Shown: piece by piece, positions 9,876 to 20,455 of the stretch
How the letters are laid out: every line of letters begins with the position of its first letter
Numbering within the stretch: the first letter of the stretch is position 1
Virus record (IMG/VR): IMGVR_UViG_3300031857_015401
Location: 28,871 to 92,870 of that record
DNA from: a virus
DNA: 64,000 nucleotides
Direction: 5' to 3' (one strand)
Notes under the pieces: model-generated
Told to the model about the DNA's origin: nothing
What the model saw: only the letters and a program-made list of their open reading frames with translations
Database searches by the model: none
Position numbers and translations under genes: made by a program

Positions 9876-12772
9876 TCAAAAACTAAAGACATTAGATCCC
9901 CATCTTCATCGAATTCATAAATATCATCATCATCTACTTCATTTTTTAACTTACTTTCTAACATAATTCTTCTATTGTTTTCAACTCTTTCACTATCCAC
10001 TAAATTAATTGTGTCATCAATATACATGTAGTAAGGGTCAATTCCAACACTTTTCCAAAACGTAACCTCCATATCAGAAAGGGTTAATACCTCATCTAAC
10101 TTATCTTGGTCTTTTTCTTTCATAGGAAACCCTCTACCTAATGTTGTTTGTGATTTTGTAAATATTGGCATATCTTTAGGGTCTTCAATTAAAATGTCTT
10201 TTCTAATTTCAGGACTATATACAACAAGTAACGGTTCAATTCTTTTATTAAATGCCGCCAAATATCTTGGTACATTATACTCACCTAATAAATCAGGATT
10301 TAATTCTATTTCTTTTTCATCGATTAAATAACAATTTAAAATAACTTCACTTTTTGATAACATTTCAAGTGGCACTGCACCATAACCATCCATGTAGTCT
10401 TGTATTTGTTTTTTAGTCATCTTGGTTGTTTTCTTTTGAACGTCTCCATGTGATTTTTTTTCACCGTTATTAACGTAATAGATTGTATCACCTAAACCAG
10501 GATTTTTACCTGCATTCATTAGAAGTTCCATATGTGCTTGACGTGACATTAAACTACCTGCTTTTGTTGTTTTTGTAATATGAACTTTATAATCTTCTAT
10601 TGATTGTTTAACACGGGCCTTATTCGCAATCTTTGCTAATGGAATTTGTTTATTAAATATTTTATCTACATACTCATAGTAAAAATCTAAAAACTCAGCA
10701 CCCTTACCATCAAGTAACATTCTTAGTCCTTTATCTAAAAATTCTGCCACATATGTTTGAAGTTTTTTAGATTTAATTGTATTACCTGTTAATTTAACTT
10801 TACCCTTATCTGTTAAAAGTGCGTAGTTTTTACGAGCCACGTTAATGGTTGCTGGCCATACACCATCAATATCAAGACCCATTTCATTTCTCATAAATAA
10901 ATCATTGTATTCTGCAACATCGGCTTCTGCTCCCGTATAAACTTTTCCTTCCTCAACTAAACCATTAAGACCCTTACCTACATAAGTGTAATTATCTCTA
11001 TCTTCAGGAGTTTCAAAGTTTACACCATCCGTATCCATTACAAGTGGCGTATACCCTTTACTCATGAAGTACATAATCATCTGTCGTAAATACTGCCTTC
11101 CGGTACACGTAATCTGTTCTCCCATGTCCATATCACCCCAAGGGAAGACGTGGGGTGCTGATAATGATCCAAAGAAGGCATTGATAAAGATTTTGATTGG
11201 TAATTGTTTCCTGTCGTATGAGACAGAAAGTTTCGGATCCGTTTTTTTAAATTCACTTGCTAAATTTTTATATTTTATACGGGTATCTCTAAAGTATTTT
11301 AACATACTTTTCATTGCTCCCGTTACATCACATTTAGGAAATACGTCATGAACCAACTGTATAGATGGATAAAGAGAAGAGTAGTCAAGTTTTAATACCT
11401 TTCTTGAATATCCTACTTGAAGTAATCTTGATAGTCCTCCTGTAAATTTTCTTTTTGGTAGCTTTTTAGGAATTGCTAAATTATGTTTATATGACCACGC
11501 ACACATAATCATCTTCCATAAGGTAGCCGTACCCATAGTTGAAAGTCTTTCATATGTTGTTGGTACAAGTTTAGAAAGTAAAAAGTTTGCTTGGTTAAAC
11601 TGCTCGTCAACAACCATTGTTTCGTAAAGGTCATCATCAAGGTAATCCTCAATTATTTTTGAACCTGTAATTTTTTTATATACATCGTCTCTTCTTGAAC
11701 ATATTTCATCTATTTTAGAATCAAGTCCTACTTTTTTGTAGTTACCATTTTCTTTATTCATCCAATATTCCTCATTGTCAAAATAAATTTTACCAATTTT
11801 ATCCCCTTCTACGTATACACGATTTTCTTTTTCCGCTTCAATAAACTTGGTAATGTACTTCAAAGACCAACTCTTAATGTCAGAGTTAATTGCTTGTGCT
11901 CTACGAACTGCATGGGCAATATCAATAATATTATAACCCCACATTTGTGTTTGAACGTAAGGTTCCATTTCATTTGCTAACTTTAAAATTCCGTCTTTTT
12001 GTTTTAATGAATAATCGGGGTTTAAAGTTTTTGCAATTTTTTTAATGTTTAATTTTAAAATCTCTGCACGTTTTAAAATAAAAGGAAAGTCAAAGAATGC
12101 TGAGTTGTATCCACCAACAAGAGAAGGTTTTAGTTTATCTATTGTTTCAAAAAACTCAATAATCATTTGTCTTTCTTCCTCTTCATTCTGAGCCGACAAT
12201 AATTTTAAAAAACCACGATTGTCTTTCATACCAATCAAGAATATTTTACTTGTCTTGGGATCTAAACCTGTGGTCTCGATATCGAATACAAACCTGTGTA
12301 TTTCATCATATTCGTCAAACCCTTTAAATAGTCTTTTACTTTTTTGAATTAAGTATTGTTCAACAGGTGAGAGAATTGTAATTGCGTCTGAATTATCTCT
12401 ACCCCATGGATCAAGACCGCCACCTTTAAAAAAGTTTACAAGGTTTGAATATGATTTTGTTGTTTTAACCAAGAACGTTAATCCGTTCTTTAATCTTTCG
12501 TCGCCGTGATCTTCTAATTTTTCTATGATAATACCGTTTTCGGACATTGCCTTTTTTTGTAGGTCTTTGTTACCTTTGTAAAAGTTTTTACTTCTAAGGT
12601 CACCAACCCATGCGAACGGAATAAATGTGTCCATTCTCAAAAGTTTTCCTTTGATTGGGTCTTGTATTACTTTAAATATTTTATCTGATTTGTAATCGTA
12701 TTCTAACGCTACGATATATTTTTCTTCGTCTTCGCCATGTAAAAAGCGTTCAATTTCTTCTTGTGGAACCAT
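9872..12772 (-). CDS. polB: Family B DNA polymerase
   Basis: ExoI FDIETTG, ExoII GYNSAFFDFPFI, motif A LDYSSLYPSI, motif B KIFINAFFG, motif C MDTDG, RKNY. Confidence 0.95.
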   Translation of the reverse strand: MVPQEEIERFLHGEDEEKYIVALEYDYKSDKIFKVIQDPIKGKLLRMDTFIPFAWVGDLRSKNFYKGNKDLQKKAMSENGIIIEKLEDHGDERLKNGLTFLVKTTKSYSNLVNFFKGGGLDPWGRDNSDAITILSPVEQYLIQKSKRLFKGFDEYDEIHRFVFDIETTGLDPKTSKIFLIGMKDNRGFLKLLSAQNEEEERQMIIEFFETIDKLKPSLVGGYNSAFFDFPFILKRAEILKLNIKKIAKTLNPDYSLKQKDGILKLANEMEPYVQTQMWGYNIIDIAHAVRRAQAINSDIKSWSLKYITKFIEAEKENRVYVEGDKIGKIYFDNEEYWMNKENGNYKKVGLDSKIDEICSRRDDVYKKITGSKIIEDYLDDDLYETMVVDEQFNQANFLLSKLVPTTYERLSTMGTATLWKMIMCAWSYKHNLAIPKKLPKRKFTGGLSRLLQVGYSRKVLKLDYSSLYPSIQLVHDVFPKCDVTGAMKSMLKYFRDTRIKYKNLASEFKKTDPKLSVSYDRKQLPIKIFINAFFGSLSAPHVFPWGDMDMGEQITCTGRQYLRQMIMYFMSKGYTPLVMDTDGVNFETPEDRDNYTYVGKGLNGLVEEGKVYTGAEADVAEYNDLFMRNEMGLDIDGVWPATINVARKNYALLTDKGKVKLTGNTIKSKKLQTYVAEFLDKGLRMLLDGKGAEFLDFYYEYVDKIFNKQIPLAKIANKARVKQSIEDYKVHITKTTKAGSLMSRQAHMELLMNAGKNPGLGDTIYYVNNGEKKSHGDVQKKTTKMTKKQIQDYMDGYGAVPLEMLSKSEVILNCYLIDEKEIELNPDLLGEYNVPRYLAAFNKRIEPLLVVYSPEIRKDILIEDPKDMPIFTKSQTTLGRGFPMKEKDQDKLDEVLTLSDMEVTFWKSVGIDPYYMYIDDTINLVDSERVENNRRIMLESKLKNEVDDDDIYEFDEDGDLMSLVFD

Positions 12773-12860
12773 ATTTGTATTTTTTAAATTTGGGTTATTA
12801 TACTCACAAAAAATATTGTGATTTCCCTTTCTTAATAAATACGAAATGGTTGGTCAAATG

Positions 12861-13214
12861 TCAAATAATGTTGATGTATAAATTTGAAACTATCGGGGCG
12901 ATTAATTCTCCATTTTCTAATATAACTGAAAACTCACCAATATACCTACCTTTTTTATTTGTGTCTTTTTGTGTCCATTTGTAAAAGATGTAATACTCTC
13001 TTTCTGAATCGGGGTTTGTTCTATTTTTATCTGTTAAATATGCTGGTTTCATAAATATTTTTTGAATTCCGTTGTCTTCACTTTTCATGGAAAAACGAAT
13101 ATTTGCATTATCTAAAATAGAATAAAAATCTTTCCATGAGTCGGTTCTTCCGTCTCTAATAACATCCATCTTTAAAATGGGTAGTGTTGTATTTTGTTGA
13201 ATAAAAAATTCCAT
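12861..13214 (-). CDS. BppU-N-like Ig-fold baseplate/fibre protein
   Basis: FFIQQNTTLPIL...IRFSM...YKWTQKDT...GRYIGEF pattern; located in the fibre operon. Confidence 0.55.
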   Translation of the reverse strand: MEFFIQQNTTLPILKMDVIRDGRTDSWKDFYSILDNANIRFSMKSEDNGIQKIFMKPAYLTDKNRTNPDSEREYYIFYKWTQKDTNKKGRYIGEFSVILENGELIAPIVSNLYINII

Positions 13215-13228
13215 ATATTATTTAATGT

Positions 13229-13951
13229 TTATAAACCATACCACCATTTAACGGCATTAAAATTATATAATATTTCTTCGTCAGTTAATCTTCTATTATA
13301 TAGATGGACCTCACCTATTGATCCATTTATAAATTGTTCCGAACCAAAACAACATGACCCCCAAGCAATAGCCGTCCACCAAACACTATTATCTAAAACA
13401 GATAAAGTTCCGGTTGTATGTGGGACTCCATTTATATACATTGTTGCGTTATTAGACGGTGAACCTGTCGCACCACTAAATGCTAATGTTACGTATCTCC
13501 ATTGATTATCTAACAAATTAATTCCTGTTGATGTAATTATATTCCCATTCCAACTATAAAAAAGTAAAACGTTATTGTTTGTAAAAATTCCCCAAGCATC
13601 TCGTTTAGTAACAATACCCGCAAATCCACTAGATGATGCGTTGATTTTTACCCAAACACCTACTGTTGCAGTTGTAAGTTGTGTTGATGGGTTGTTTGGT
13701 ACAACCATTTGTTTACTCGTTGTTTTATTAAAGTCAATAACACCTTTATTGTAAATTGGGGTGCCCCCGTTATTTGCGGGTGAGGTTTGTTGTGTAGATG
13801 TTGCATTATTACCCTCTGGATTTTTTGATAAATCAAACCAAGTAGTTCCTGTACTAGGAAATGAATTAATGTTTTTAGCATCTAAGTTAAAAACTAAACC
13901 TGATTGAGTAATTGAATAATTAAAGGTGTGTGAATTTACTATAAAACTCAT
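13229..13951 (-). CDS. LamG/concanavalin A-like lectin domain virion protein
   Basis: GLVFNLDA...SFPSTGTTWFDLS, WRYVTLAF, MYING, FINGSIGEVHLYNRRLTDEEILYNFNA. Confidence 0.8.
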   Translation of the reverse strand: MSFIVNSHTFNYSITQSGLVFNLDAKNINSFPSTGTTWFDLSKNPEGNNATSTQQTSPANNGGTPIYNKGVIDFNKTTSKQMVVPNNPSTQLTTATVGVWVKINASSSGFAGIVTKRDAWGIFTNNNVLLFYSWNGNIITSTGINLLDNQWRYVTLAFSGATGSPSNNATMYINGVPHTTGTLSVLDNSVWWTAIAWGSCCFGSEQFINGSIGEVHLYNRRLTDEEILYNFNAVKWWYGL

Positions 13952-13953
13952 AA

Positions 13954-15039
13954 TTAACTTGTTCTATTACCAATTATTGTAACTTTTAAGCCTCTTGCCG
14001 TTCCACTACCTGTCTGAGTTATTTTTACACTAATTTCGTCGTCATCTACCAAAATTGGTGTCGATATTACGGGTTGTGTTGTACCTAAAGCTTTTGATGT
14101 TTTTTGATTATTATCTATGGTTATTAAAGTAGATAATATTGTTGTTCCCGTATTTAAAATATCAACTGTAAAAGTATTACCACTTGTTTGTGCGGTTGTT
14201 AGTGAACCTCTAACCTCAGTAACTAACATGTTATATGGTATTCTAAAAGTTGTTGTTGTTCCAGTAATTAATGCGGTTATTTCATCAGAACAAGAAACTT
14301 GTATAACAACCGGCAAGTTTTGGTAGGTCGTTGCACTAAATGTGTTGGCAGATAAACCACCTGTAAAATTAGTTGGGTTAGTTACTGTCCCTCCCGAAAA
14401 AGAACCTCCTCCACCACCGCTAATACCTGTCAAATTAGAACCATCACCATAAAACGTTGTTCCACTAATTGTGGTTGCTGAAATAGAACCAGCAACTTCT
14501 AAATTTGCCGTTGCTGCAGTTGTACCGATACCAATCTTACCATCACTTTGAATTCTCATTCTCTCAACTCCAACGTCAGACCCAAAAGTCAAAGTACCTC
14601 CTGTTGTTTCTGTCGATATATCAAAAGTACCTCCAGTGTAAAACCAAGACATTTTTGCACCATAAACACTTGATGGTGTGCCAAAATATATTTGTGATGT
14701 ATTATTATCGGTAGTAAAAAGACCTACATTATTATTATTAAAACCTTGTACTATAAAATTAGTAGTAAATGGTAATCCTGATGATGGTATTTGTGATGTA
14801 CTGTTATTTACTTGTAATTTTGCTTGAGTACCTCCTGAAGTTGTTAAATATTCAATTCTACCAATATTAACACTACCACCTGAATTTATAATAAATGGAG
14901 TTAAATCAGGATTTGTACTATCTTCAATTAATACTGCATTTCCGGTTCCTAATTGACTAATATAAATTGCGTCTGTTGATGTATTAGAACTTATATTCAG
15001 TCCTCCACTTATTCCTAAAGAATCATAAAAATTTGTCAT
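13954..15039 (-). CDS. Tail fibre-like protein
   Basis: ERMRIQSDGKIGIGTTAATANLEVAG and FYGDGSNLTGI fibre repeats; Gly/Thr/Ser-rich; C-terminal beta-sandwich. Confidence 0.75.
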   Translation of the reverse strand: MTNFYDSLGISGGLNISSNTSTDAIYISQLGTGNAVLIEDSTNPDLTPFIINSGGSVNIGRIEYLTTSGGTQAKLQVNNSTSQIPSSGLPFTTNFIVQGFNNNNVGLFTTDNNTSQIYFGTPSSVYGAKMSWFYTGGTFDISTETTGGTLTFGSDVGVERMRIQSDGKIGIGTTAATANLEVAGSISATTISGTTFYGDGSNLTGISGGGGGSFSGGTVTNPTNFTGGLSANTFSATTYQNLPVVIQVSCSDEITALITGTTTTFRIPYNMLVTEVRGSLTTAQTSGNTFTVDILNTGTTILSTLITIDNNQKTSKALGTTQPVISTPILVDDDEISVKITQTGSGTARGLKVTIIGNRTS

Positions 15040-15044
15040 AATAA

Positions 15045-15209
15045 TTAATTTTTAAGTGAATATCCCTCTCTTATATAACCAAAATAATACTCTTCGAGTT
15101 CAATTTCATTTTGATTATTATAATAAATAATTTTTTGTTTATTGATAGTTCCTTCTACAGGATGATTAATACTATAATTTACAATTTCATATGTACCTAA
15201 GTAACCCAT
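15045..15209 (-). CDS. Small hypothetical protein, 54 aa (possible fibre accessory/chaperone)
   Basis: Read manually: MGYLGTYEIVNYSINHPVEGTINKTKNYLYNNQNEIELEEYYFGYIREGYSLKN*; fills the gap between two fibre genes exactly. Confidence 0.6.
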   Translation of the reverse strand: MGYLGTYEIVNYSINHPVEGTINKQKIIYYNNQNEIELEEYYFGYIREGYSLKN

Positions 15210-16571
15210 TTAAAAATCTATTAATACGTTTATTTGTTGTCTTACTGTTGTTGGGTTTGTTGCATATGCCGGAGTGTCCCATTCAATTTCTAATTTATCA
15301 CCAGCAACAACAGGTAATGGTGATGTTAATGTATAATTAATTAATGAACTTGACGAATCAAAAGTCGCGGCACTTGTTATAATTCTTGTGGTTGATTGTG
15401 TTATATTATTTATTGAAAATGTGTTTAATTCAGAAGATCCTAAAGTACCACCAATTGTTCTTGATATGGACACTTGTGTGATATTACCTGTTTTTTGTGA
15501 TATTAATCTTCTACCATCACTTGATGACGTAAGAGGAGCTAAATTAAATTGACCCCCAATAAAATATGAGACACTATCTGAAGGACTTACACTATCATGA
15601 CCAAAAAGTAATGCTATCGATCCCCTTGGCGTTGTAGATGTCAAAGAACCTCCAACAACAACAACTTTAACACCATTTAAAGAACTACTTAATGTAATAT
15701 CAAATGAATTTAGTTGATAGTTACTAATATTTCCAAAAATTTGTTGATTAGTATTTGTGTCTATAATTTGCGCTAATACTTCAGTTGTACCAAAATTGTG
15801 TGTTATTGAAACAGGGATTCCTGACGTATAGTTATTTGTTTGACTATAAGTATATCCAGTACTGAATCCTGTAATAGAAAACGTACCTCCCGTATTATTT
15901 GTGAATGTTGTGGTTCCTGCTGAATATGTACCACCAGTTACTCTGATGTCTGTGGGTAAATTTTGATATGTTGTTGCTGAAATTGTATTTACGTTTAAAG
16001 TACCATTTAATATTGCCTGTGATCCATCAAAAGTAAAATTAGATTCCCCTGTTATCACACCAGAAGTACCAAGAGAGGTTAAAACGTAATTATTAACGTT
16101 GTTTAAAATTTGAGCCACTCCGCTAGTTCCTGATGTTCCATTTATTCCGCTAGTTCCTGATGTTCCATTTATTCCGCTAGTTCCTGATGTTCCATTTATT
16201 CCGCTAGTTCCATTTATTCCGCTAGTTCCTGATGTTCCATTTATTCCGCTAGTTCCTGATGTTCCATTAATACCCGATGTTCCGTCAATCCCTGACATTG
16301 GTATAGTTACTGTATTACCATCGTTACGGTAAAGATATAATATCGATGTTCCCGAAAAAAATGTACCGCCAGTAACAAATGTGTTAGTATCTGCAGCAAT
16401 ATTCACAGATAAAGTACCTCCGGTTGGGTTAATTAAAGTTAAAGTACTTGAAGAATAAGTAATTCCGCTTACCCCCAAACTTTGTAGATAATACAAATTA
16501 TTATCCATATCTGCAAATGTAAGTTTTGCATTCTTATTATCAGGAGGTAGTATTCTAGTTATTAATGACAT
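15210..16571 (-). CDS. Collagen-like fibre protein
   Basis: N-terminal KNAKLTFADMDNNL fibre-attachment-type motif; 20 consecutive G-X-Y triplets (mostly GTS/GIN); ITHNFGT fibre motif. Confidence 0.75.
   Translation of the reverse strand: MSLITRILPPDNKNAKLTFADMDNNLYYLQSLGVSGITYSSSTLTLINPTGGTLSVNIAADTNTFVTGGTFFSGTSILYLYRNDGNTVTIPMSGIDGTSGINGTSGTSGINGTSGTSGINGTSGINGTSGTSGINGTSGTSGINGTSGTSGVAQILNNVNNYVLTSLGTSGVITGESNFTFDGSQAILNGTLNVNTISATTYQNLPTDIRVTGGTYSAGTTTFTNNTGGTFSITGFSTGYTYSQTNNYTSGIPVSITHNFGTTEVLAQIIDTNTNQQIFGNISNYQLNSFDITLSSSLNGVKVVVVGGSLTSTTPRGSIALLFGHDSVSPSDSVSYFIGGQFNLAPLTSSSDGRRLISQKTGNITQVSISRTIGGTLGSSELNTFSINNITQSTTRIITSAATFDSSSSLINYTLTSPLPVVAGDKLEIEWDTPAYATNPTTVRQQINVLIDF
16120..16272. 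repeat. 27-bp tandem repeat (ccgctagttcctgatgttccatttatt) encoding GTS-GIN-GTS, with one 18-bp shortened unit
   Basis: Units at 16120, 16147, 16174, 16201 (18 bp), 16219 and a degenerate unit at 16246. Confidence 0.92.
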
Positions 16572-16592
16572 TTTATTTTATAAATATAAAGT

Positions 16593-18521
16593 TTATTCAA
16601 AATAGAAGAAATCCGCATAACCCTCTTCCATATAACCGTTAGTTACCGTACAGTTTGGACACCAAAAATCAAATAGATTAAATTTATTTTTTAATATTCT
16701 AAAATTATGTTGTACTTGTGGAGAACTTAAAGGTTCAACGTACATTCTAAATTGTGATATTCCACCCATAAAAGTTCCTCCAAAATTTTGTTCTAATAAA
16801 ATATTTGTTGAAAGTCCTGATAATGTTGTTGCGGATAAAATATTATTCGGAAATAATTCAGGGTCTTGTATGTAAGGTCCGTATGGGTTTGAGCAACCAG
16901 AAAAAATTAAATGGTCATGCAATCCTTGGGTTCCTCCACCAAATGAAATATTAAACGGAACACCAACCTGTTTTTCCTTTTCTGTATTTAATTCTCTTGG
17001 TATTATCTCTTCAAAATCCTCAATAACTAAAAACAAATACCCATTAACATAAAGTTTTAACGTTCCCAATCTATAATCTAATTCCTCAAACCATTTTCTA
17101 TCAAATCTAACTTTATAAACTTTTGGTTCTTTTGTGTCACCAGGATGTGTATTCGGTGGAGATATCAATTTATAAGATTGTCCATCAATAGACGATTGGT
17201 AAGTTTCTAACCTTAAATCATTAAGTCCTCCTAAATTTAATAAATCACATTCTTCAATAGTTTTATACCTTTCAAAAACAGCACTTATCATTACCCATCT
17301 TTCTTCATCTGTGTCATCACATGCTAAATTACATATTTCATAAATTGGTGGTGTTACCACTGTTGTTATTGTATATCCTGTTTGAAATGTTACTCCTGTT
17401 GTTTCACAAGTTCCTGTTGTAACGCAATCACCTGTTATTTTTATATATTTAACAGCTAAACTCGGATTTAATGGACACCCACTAAATTGAAAAGAAAGTG
17501 CGTTTGATAGTACATCAAACTTAGGATCTGTTTCAGGTAAGGGTACTATTTCTGTCGACGCACAACCACAATTACAACCTGTATTATGGACAGTTGTAAA
17601 ACCACTATTAGGGTAAACGTGAATACAATTTGCATTTGTAACGCCAGTATCTGAACAAGCACAAGATTCAATACAAGTTAAATCATTTGTAACTCTTGTA
17701 TACCCTGAATTTGATTCTGGTGTTCCTGTTGCACTATGGTAATATTTATTTTCTGACCTTGTACCAAAATAAAAGAATGTCCCTGCGTTTGATGGGTAAA
17801 CATCATTTAAATATTGTTCAGTAGCATAGTTAGGGTTATATTCTTCAGTTATTCTTGGTTTTAATAACATTTCAACTGACCAACCCTTATTTACTCTTTC
17901 AGGAAAAACTTCATAATCATGACCAAATAATTTGTAAAACCCTTGATAAAACCCGCCATATAATTCTTGGTAATACCCAACAGTGTCGCCTGTTTTTGAT
18001 ACAATATTATAAAGAGTGTTTTTTGATCTCCCCGAAAATTTTACATTTGGTGATTTTGCAAAACTTCTAACGGGGTGCATTTTAAATCTACTATCCCTGT
18101 AATCAGGTTCAAATTTGTAAGTATTATCTATTCCTTTTATATAATATAAAGTTTCACCAGTTATTTGATTAAATAAACCATTGTCTGTAGCAACTAAACC
18201 AACATCACAAATACCAGTGTACGCGGTATAACAAGAATAATCTAATTTTTTTGGGTTATAATAATTTAATGAAACTAGTGTGTTATCATCATAATAGTCA
18301 CCAAAATCTATTGTATATTGTTTTGTAGAACCTGAATTTGATAAATCAAACCTTATTGGTAACCTATTACCATCATTTACAGCAATAACGTCATCTGAGA
18401 ACACAACTTCTTCGTCATAATCTCTTTCATCTGAAGCCAAAGTAAGGTCAAAATACTGACCATAGTTTAGTTTCATTTTATATCTTGGGTAATAATACGA
18501 ATTTATGTTCTGACTTGACAT
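16593..18521 (-). CDS. Large Cys-rich putative structural protein with an interrupted LamG-like core
   Basis: GWSVEMLLK, WVMISAVF, GTLKLYVNG, FMGGISQFRMYVEPLS; heads the fibre operon; late-type motif upstream. Confidence 0.55.
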   Translation of the reverse strand: MSSQNINSYYYPRYKMKLNYGQYFDLTLASDERDYDEEVVFSDDVIAVNDGNRLPIRFDLSNSGSTKQYTIDFGDYYDDNTLVSLNYYNPKKLDYSCYTAYTGICDVGLVATDNGLFNQITGETLYYIKGIDNTYKFEPDYRDSRFKMHPVRSFAKSPNVKFSGRSKNTLYNIVSKTGDTVGYYQELYGGFYQGFYKLFGHDYEVFPERVNKGWSVEMLLKPRITEEYNPNYATEQYLNDVYPSNAGTFFYFGTRSENKYYHSATGTPESNSGYTRVTNDLTCIESCACSDTGVTNANCIHVYPNSGFTTVHNTGCNCGCASTEIVPLPETDPKFDVLSNALSFQFSGCPLNPSLAVKYIKITGDCVTTGTCETTGVTFQTGYTITTVVTPPIYEICNLACDDTDEERWVMISAVFERYKTIEECDLLNLGGLNDLRLETYQSSIDGQSYKLISPPNTHPGDTKEPKVYKVRFDRKWFEELDYRLGTLKLYVNGYLFLVIEDFEEIIPRELNTEKEKQVGVPFNISFGGGTQGLHDHLIFSGCSNPYGPYIQDPELFPNNILSATTLSGLSTNILLEQNFGGTFMGGISQFRMYVEPLSSPQVQHNFRILKNKFNLFDFWCPNCTVTNGYMEEGYADFFYFE

Positions 18522-18532
18522 TCTTTTTTATG

Positions 18533-18559
18533 ATAAATACTTTAATCGCAGTATTTATA
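18533..18559. promoter_or_regulatory. Back-to-back divergent TATTTAT(A/C) motifs
   Basis: ataaata at 18533-18539 (minus sense, before 18521) and tatttata at 18552-18559 (plus sense, before 18573) in a 51-bp intergenic gap. Confidence 0.6.
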
Positions 18560-18572
18560 GGTAAAAGCCTGA

Positions 18573-19328
18573 ATGAAAACATATAAATATTCAACAAAGG
18601 AAAGAGCAGAAAGGGTTGCAAAAACACTTGGTTGCTCAGGCTCACACTATCACAATGAAGATGGTAATAGAAAATATATGCCCTGTAAGGACATGAAAAC
18701 TTTTAAAGAAAAAACAAAAAAAGAAAAAAAAGGAAAAGAAGAAGAGGTTACTGAATTAATTGATGATGATGGTACTTGGTTAACATCAAGTATTCCTTTA
18801 TTAGACCCAGCATCAAGTCTAAATGGTCTGTCTTTTACTGATAGAACTGTTGGTATGTCTAGAATGCCAAGAGACCCTTTATTAAGAGGTTGGTATGGGT
18901 ATTACGGAGAAGGAACAATCAAAGAGGAAGATATGGAAGATGCGTTTGGTTTTGAAGACACTATGTTTATGGATTATAAAGATACTGTAAAACATTTTCA
19001 AAAAAAATTAGGGTTAGACAAAGAGGACGCCGTTGATAGGACCATACAACAAGGTAAAAAACCTAATTTACATAAAAGGACACCAAAAAAAATAAGTAAA
19101 TTAAAAAACTTTATAGACAGATTAATTTTAAAAGAAAAAGAAATCGATGAATCTGAGATTGCCGAAGATGTGTTAGTTGATAAAACAAAATCTAATTTTT
19201 TAAATAAAAAAGAAAATGAAGATGTTAATAAATTGATATTAAAAAATATTAATTCATTAAAAAAAATGGCAAGAAATCAAGGAATAACAACACAACAACT
19301 TGTAAGATTAATTAGTCGTGAACAGTAA
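18573..19328 (+). CDS. Hypothetical protein with N-terminal DUF3721-like Cys/His domain
   Basis: YSTKERAERVAKTLGCSGSHYH...YMPC matches the GCxGxH...MPC signature. Confidence 0.6.
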   Translation: MKTYKYSTKERAERVAKTLGCSGSHYHNEDGNRKYMPCKDMKTFKEKTKKEKKGKEEEVTELIDDDGTWLTSSIPLLDPASSLNGLSFTDRTVGMSRMPRDPLLRGWYGYYGEGTIKEEDMEDAFGFEDTMFMDYKDTVKHFQKKLGLDKEDAVDRTIQQGKKPNLHKRTPKKISKLKNFIDRLILKEKEIDESEIAEDVLVDKTKSNFLNKKENEDVNKLILKNINSLKKMARNQGITTQQLVRLISREQ

Positions 19329-19770
19329 TTTATACAATAGAAAGGCAAAATTACCTGATGATTTGATAAAACATTTAAAACAATGTGCCGGTTCTGTTAG
19401 TGCTGATTCAAATACGGAGGGATTTAATAGAAATAAAGAAATAGTTAGTAGCGGAGTTGTTACTTACCAACAAATAAAAAGAATAAAAAATTGGTTTGAT
19501 CAATTTACAGGTAAAAAAGAAGATGCTCCTTTTATTTTAAATGGTGGTGATAGGATGAAATCGTGGTGTGATGAGGTTTTAAGAGTTTGGAGAGACAACG
19601 ATTCATCTAGTAAAGAACATAAAAGCGATGCTGGAATGCAAAACCAATATTTAGATTCTCATGAAAAAAATAGTTTTAATCTAAACGATAAACACACAAC
19701 AACGGTAGATAATTTAAAAGTTGAAAACGAGATAAAAAGAATAAATAAACTTATAAAAATAATAAATTAA
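19318..19770 (+). CDS. Hypothetical phage protein
   Basis: 150 aa, coupled to neighbours; G..R...I......VT...IKRI..WF...F.L.GG....W resembles a helical module seen in phage head-associated proteins. Confidence 0.55.
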   Translation: MNSNLYNRKAKLPDDLIKHLKQCAGSVSADSNTEGFNRNKEIVSSGVVTYQQIKRIKNWFDQFTGKKEDAPFILNGGDRMKSWCDEVLRVWRDNDSSSKEHKSDAGMQNQYLDSHEKNSFNLNDKHTTTVDNLKVENEIKRINKLIKIIN

Positions 19771-19771
19771 A

Positions 19772-20065
19772 ATGGCGGTACAATCAGATAAAATAGATTT
19801 TTCTCAACCTGATAATGAGTTGTCAAGAATTGCTGAAGAGCAAAGAAAAAAATTATTTCCAAGAAATGATTTTAAACCAACCGACCCTTATTCGTCAGTT
19901 CATCCTGATGCTTTAGCTAATGGTGACAAAATTGGTAGGGGGACTGGTGGTGATTTAGATATTTATAACAATAATATTGGAACATCTGATGATGTAACAA
20001 AAAGAAAAGAAGAGTTAAAAGTAAATAAATATTCATCTAACAACCCATACTATAACGTTAAATGA
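19772..20065 (+). CDS. Hypothetical phage protein
   Basis: 97 aa ORF in a tightly packed operon; HPDALANGDKIGRGTG. Confidence 0.6.
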   Translation: MAVQSDKIDFSQPDNELSRIAEEQRKKLFPRNDFKPTDPYSSVHPDALANGDKIGRGTGGDLDIYNNNIGTSDDVTKRKEELKVNKYSSNNPYYNVK

Positions 20066-20454
20066 AACTTCTTAACAGTTTAAAAGGTTTGGTTACTGAG
20101 GCTGCGGCTCTTGGTGATGTTCAAGATTCTATAAAGAAAAAATCTATTATGATTATTTATTACGATGGTGATGATAATGGAGGAAAGGGATATAGAACAA
20201 TAGAACCTGTATGTTTAGGATATAGTAAAAGAGGAAATTTAGTACTAAGAGCATGGGAAAGAGAAGGAGCGTCTTGGTCAGAAAAAAATAAAGGAAATAT
20301 TTTACCTGGTTGGAGGTTATTTAGATTAGATAAAATCTTTACATATAAACCAACTATGGATAATTTTATGGATATAAGACCTTACTATAACCCTAATGGT
20401 GATAGATCTATGGATAGGGTCTTAATAAATGCAAAATTTGATAATATAACATAA
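20062..20454 (+). CDS. Stand-alone WYL-domain protein
   Basis: IYY...RTIEPVCLG...LRAW...WRLFRLDKI, the WYL signature; no HTH domain. Confidence 0.82.
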   Translation: MKLLNSLKGLVTEAAALGDVQDSIKKKSIMIIYYDGDDNGGKGYRTIEPVCLGYSKRGNLVLRAWEREGASWSEKNKGNILPGWRLFRLDKIFTYKPTMDNFMDIRPYYNPNGDRSMDRVLINAKFDNIT

Positions 20455-20455
20455 T

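Noticed and set aside
16120-16272. Possible CRISPR array (also considered for 63875-64000)
   Set aside because: Units are directly tandem without unique spacers, are multiples of 3 and lie within coding frames; no cas genes are seen
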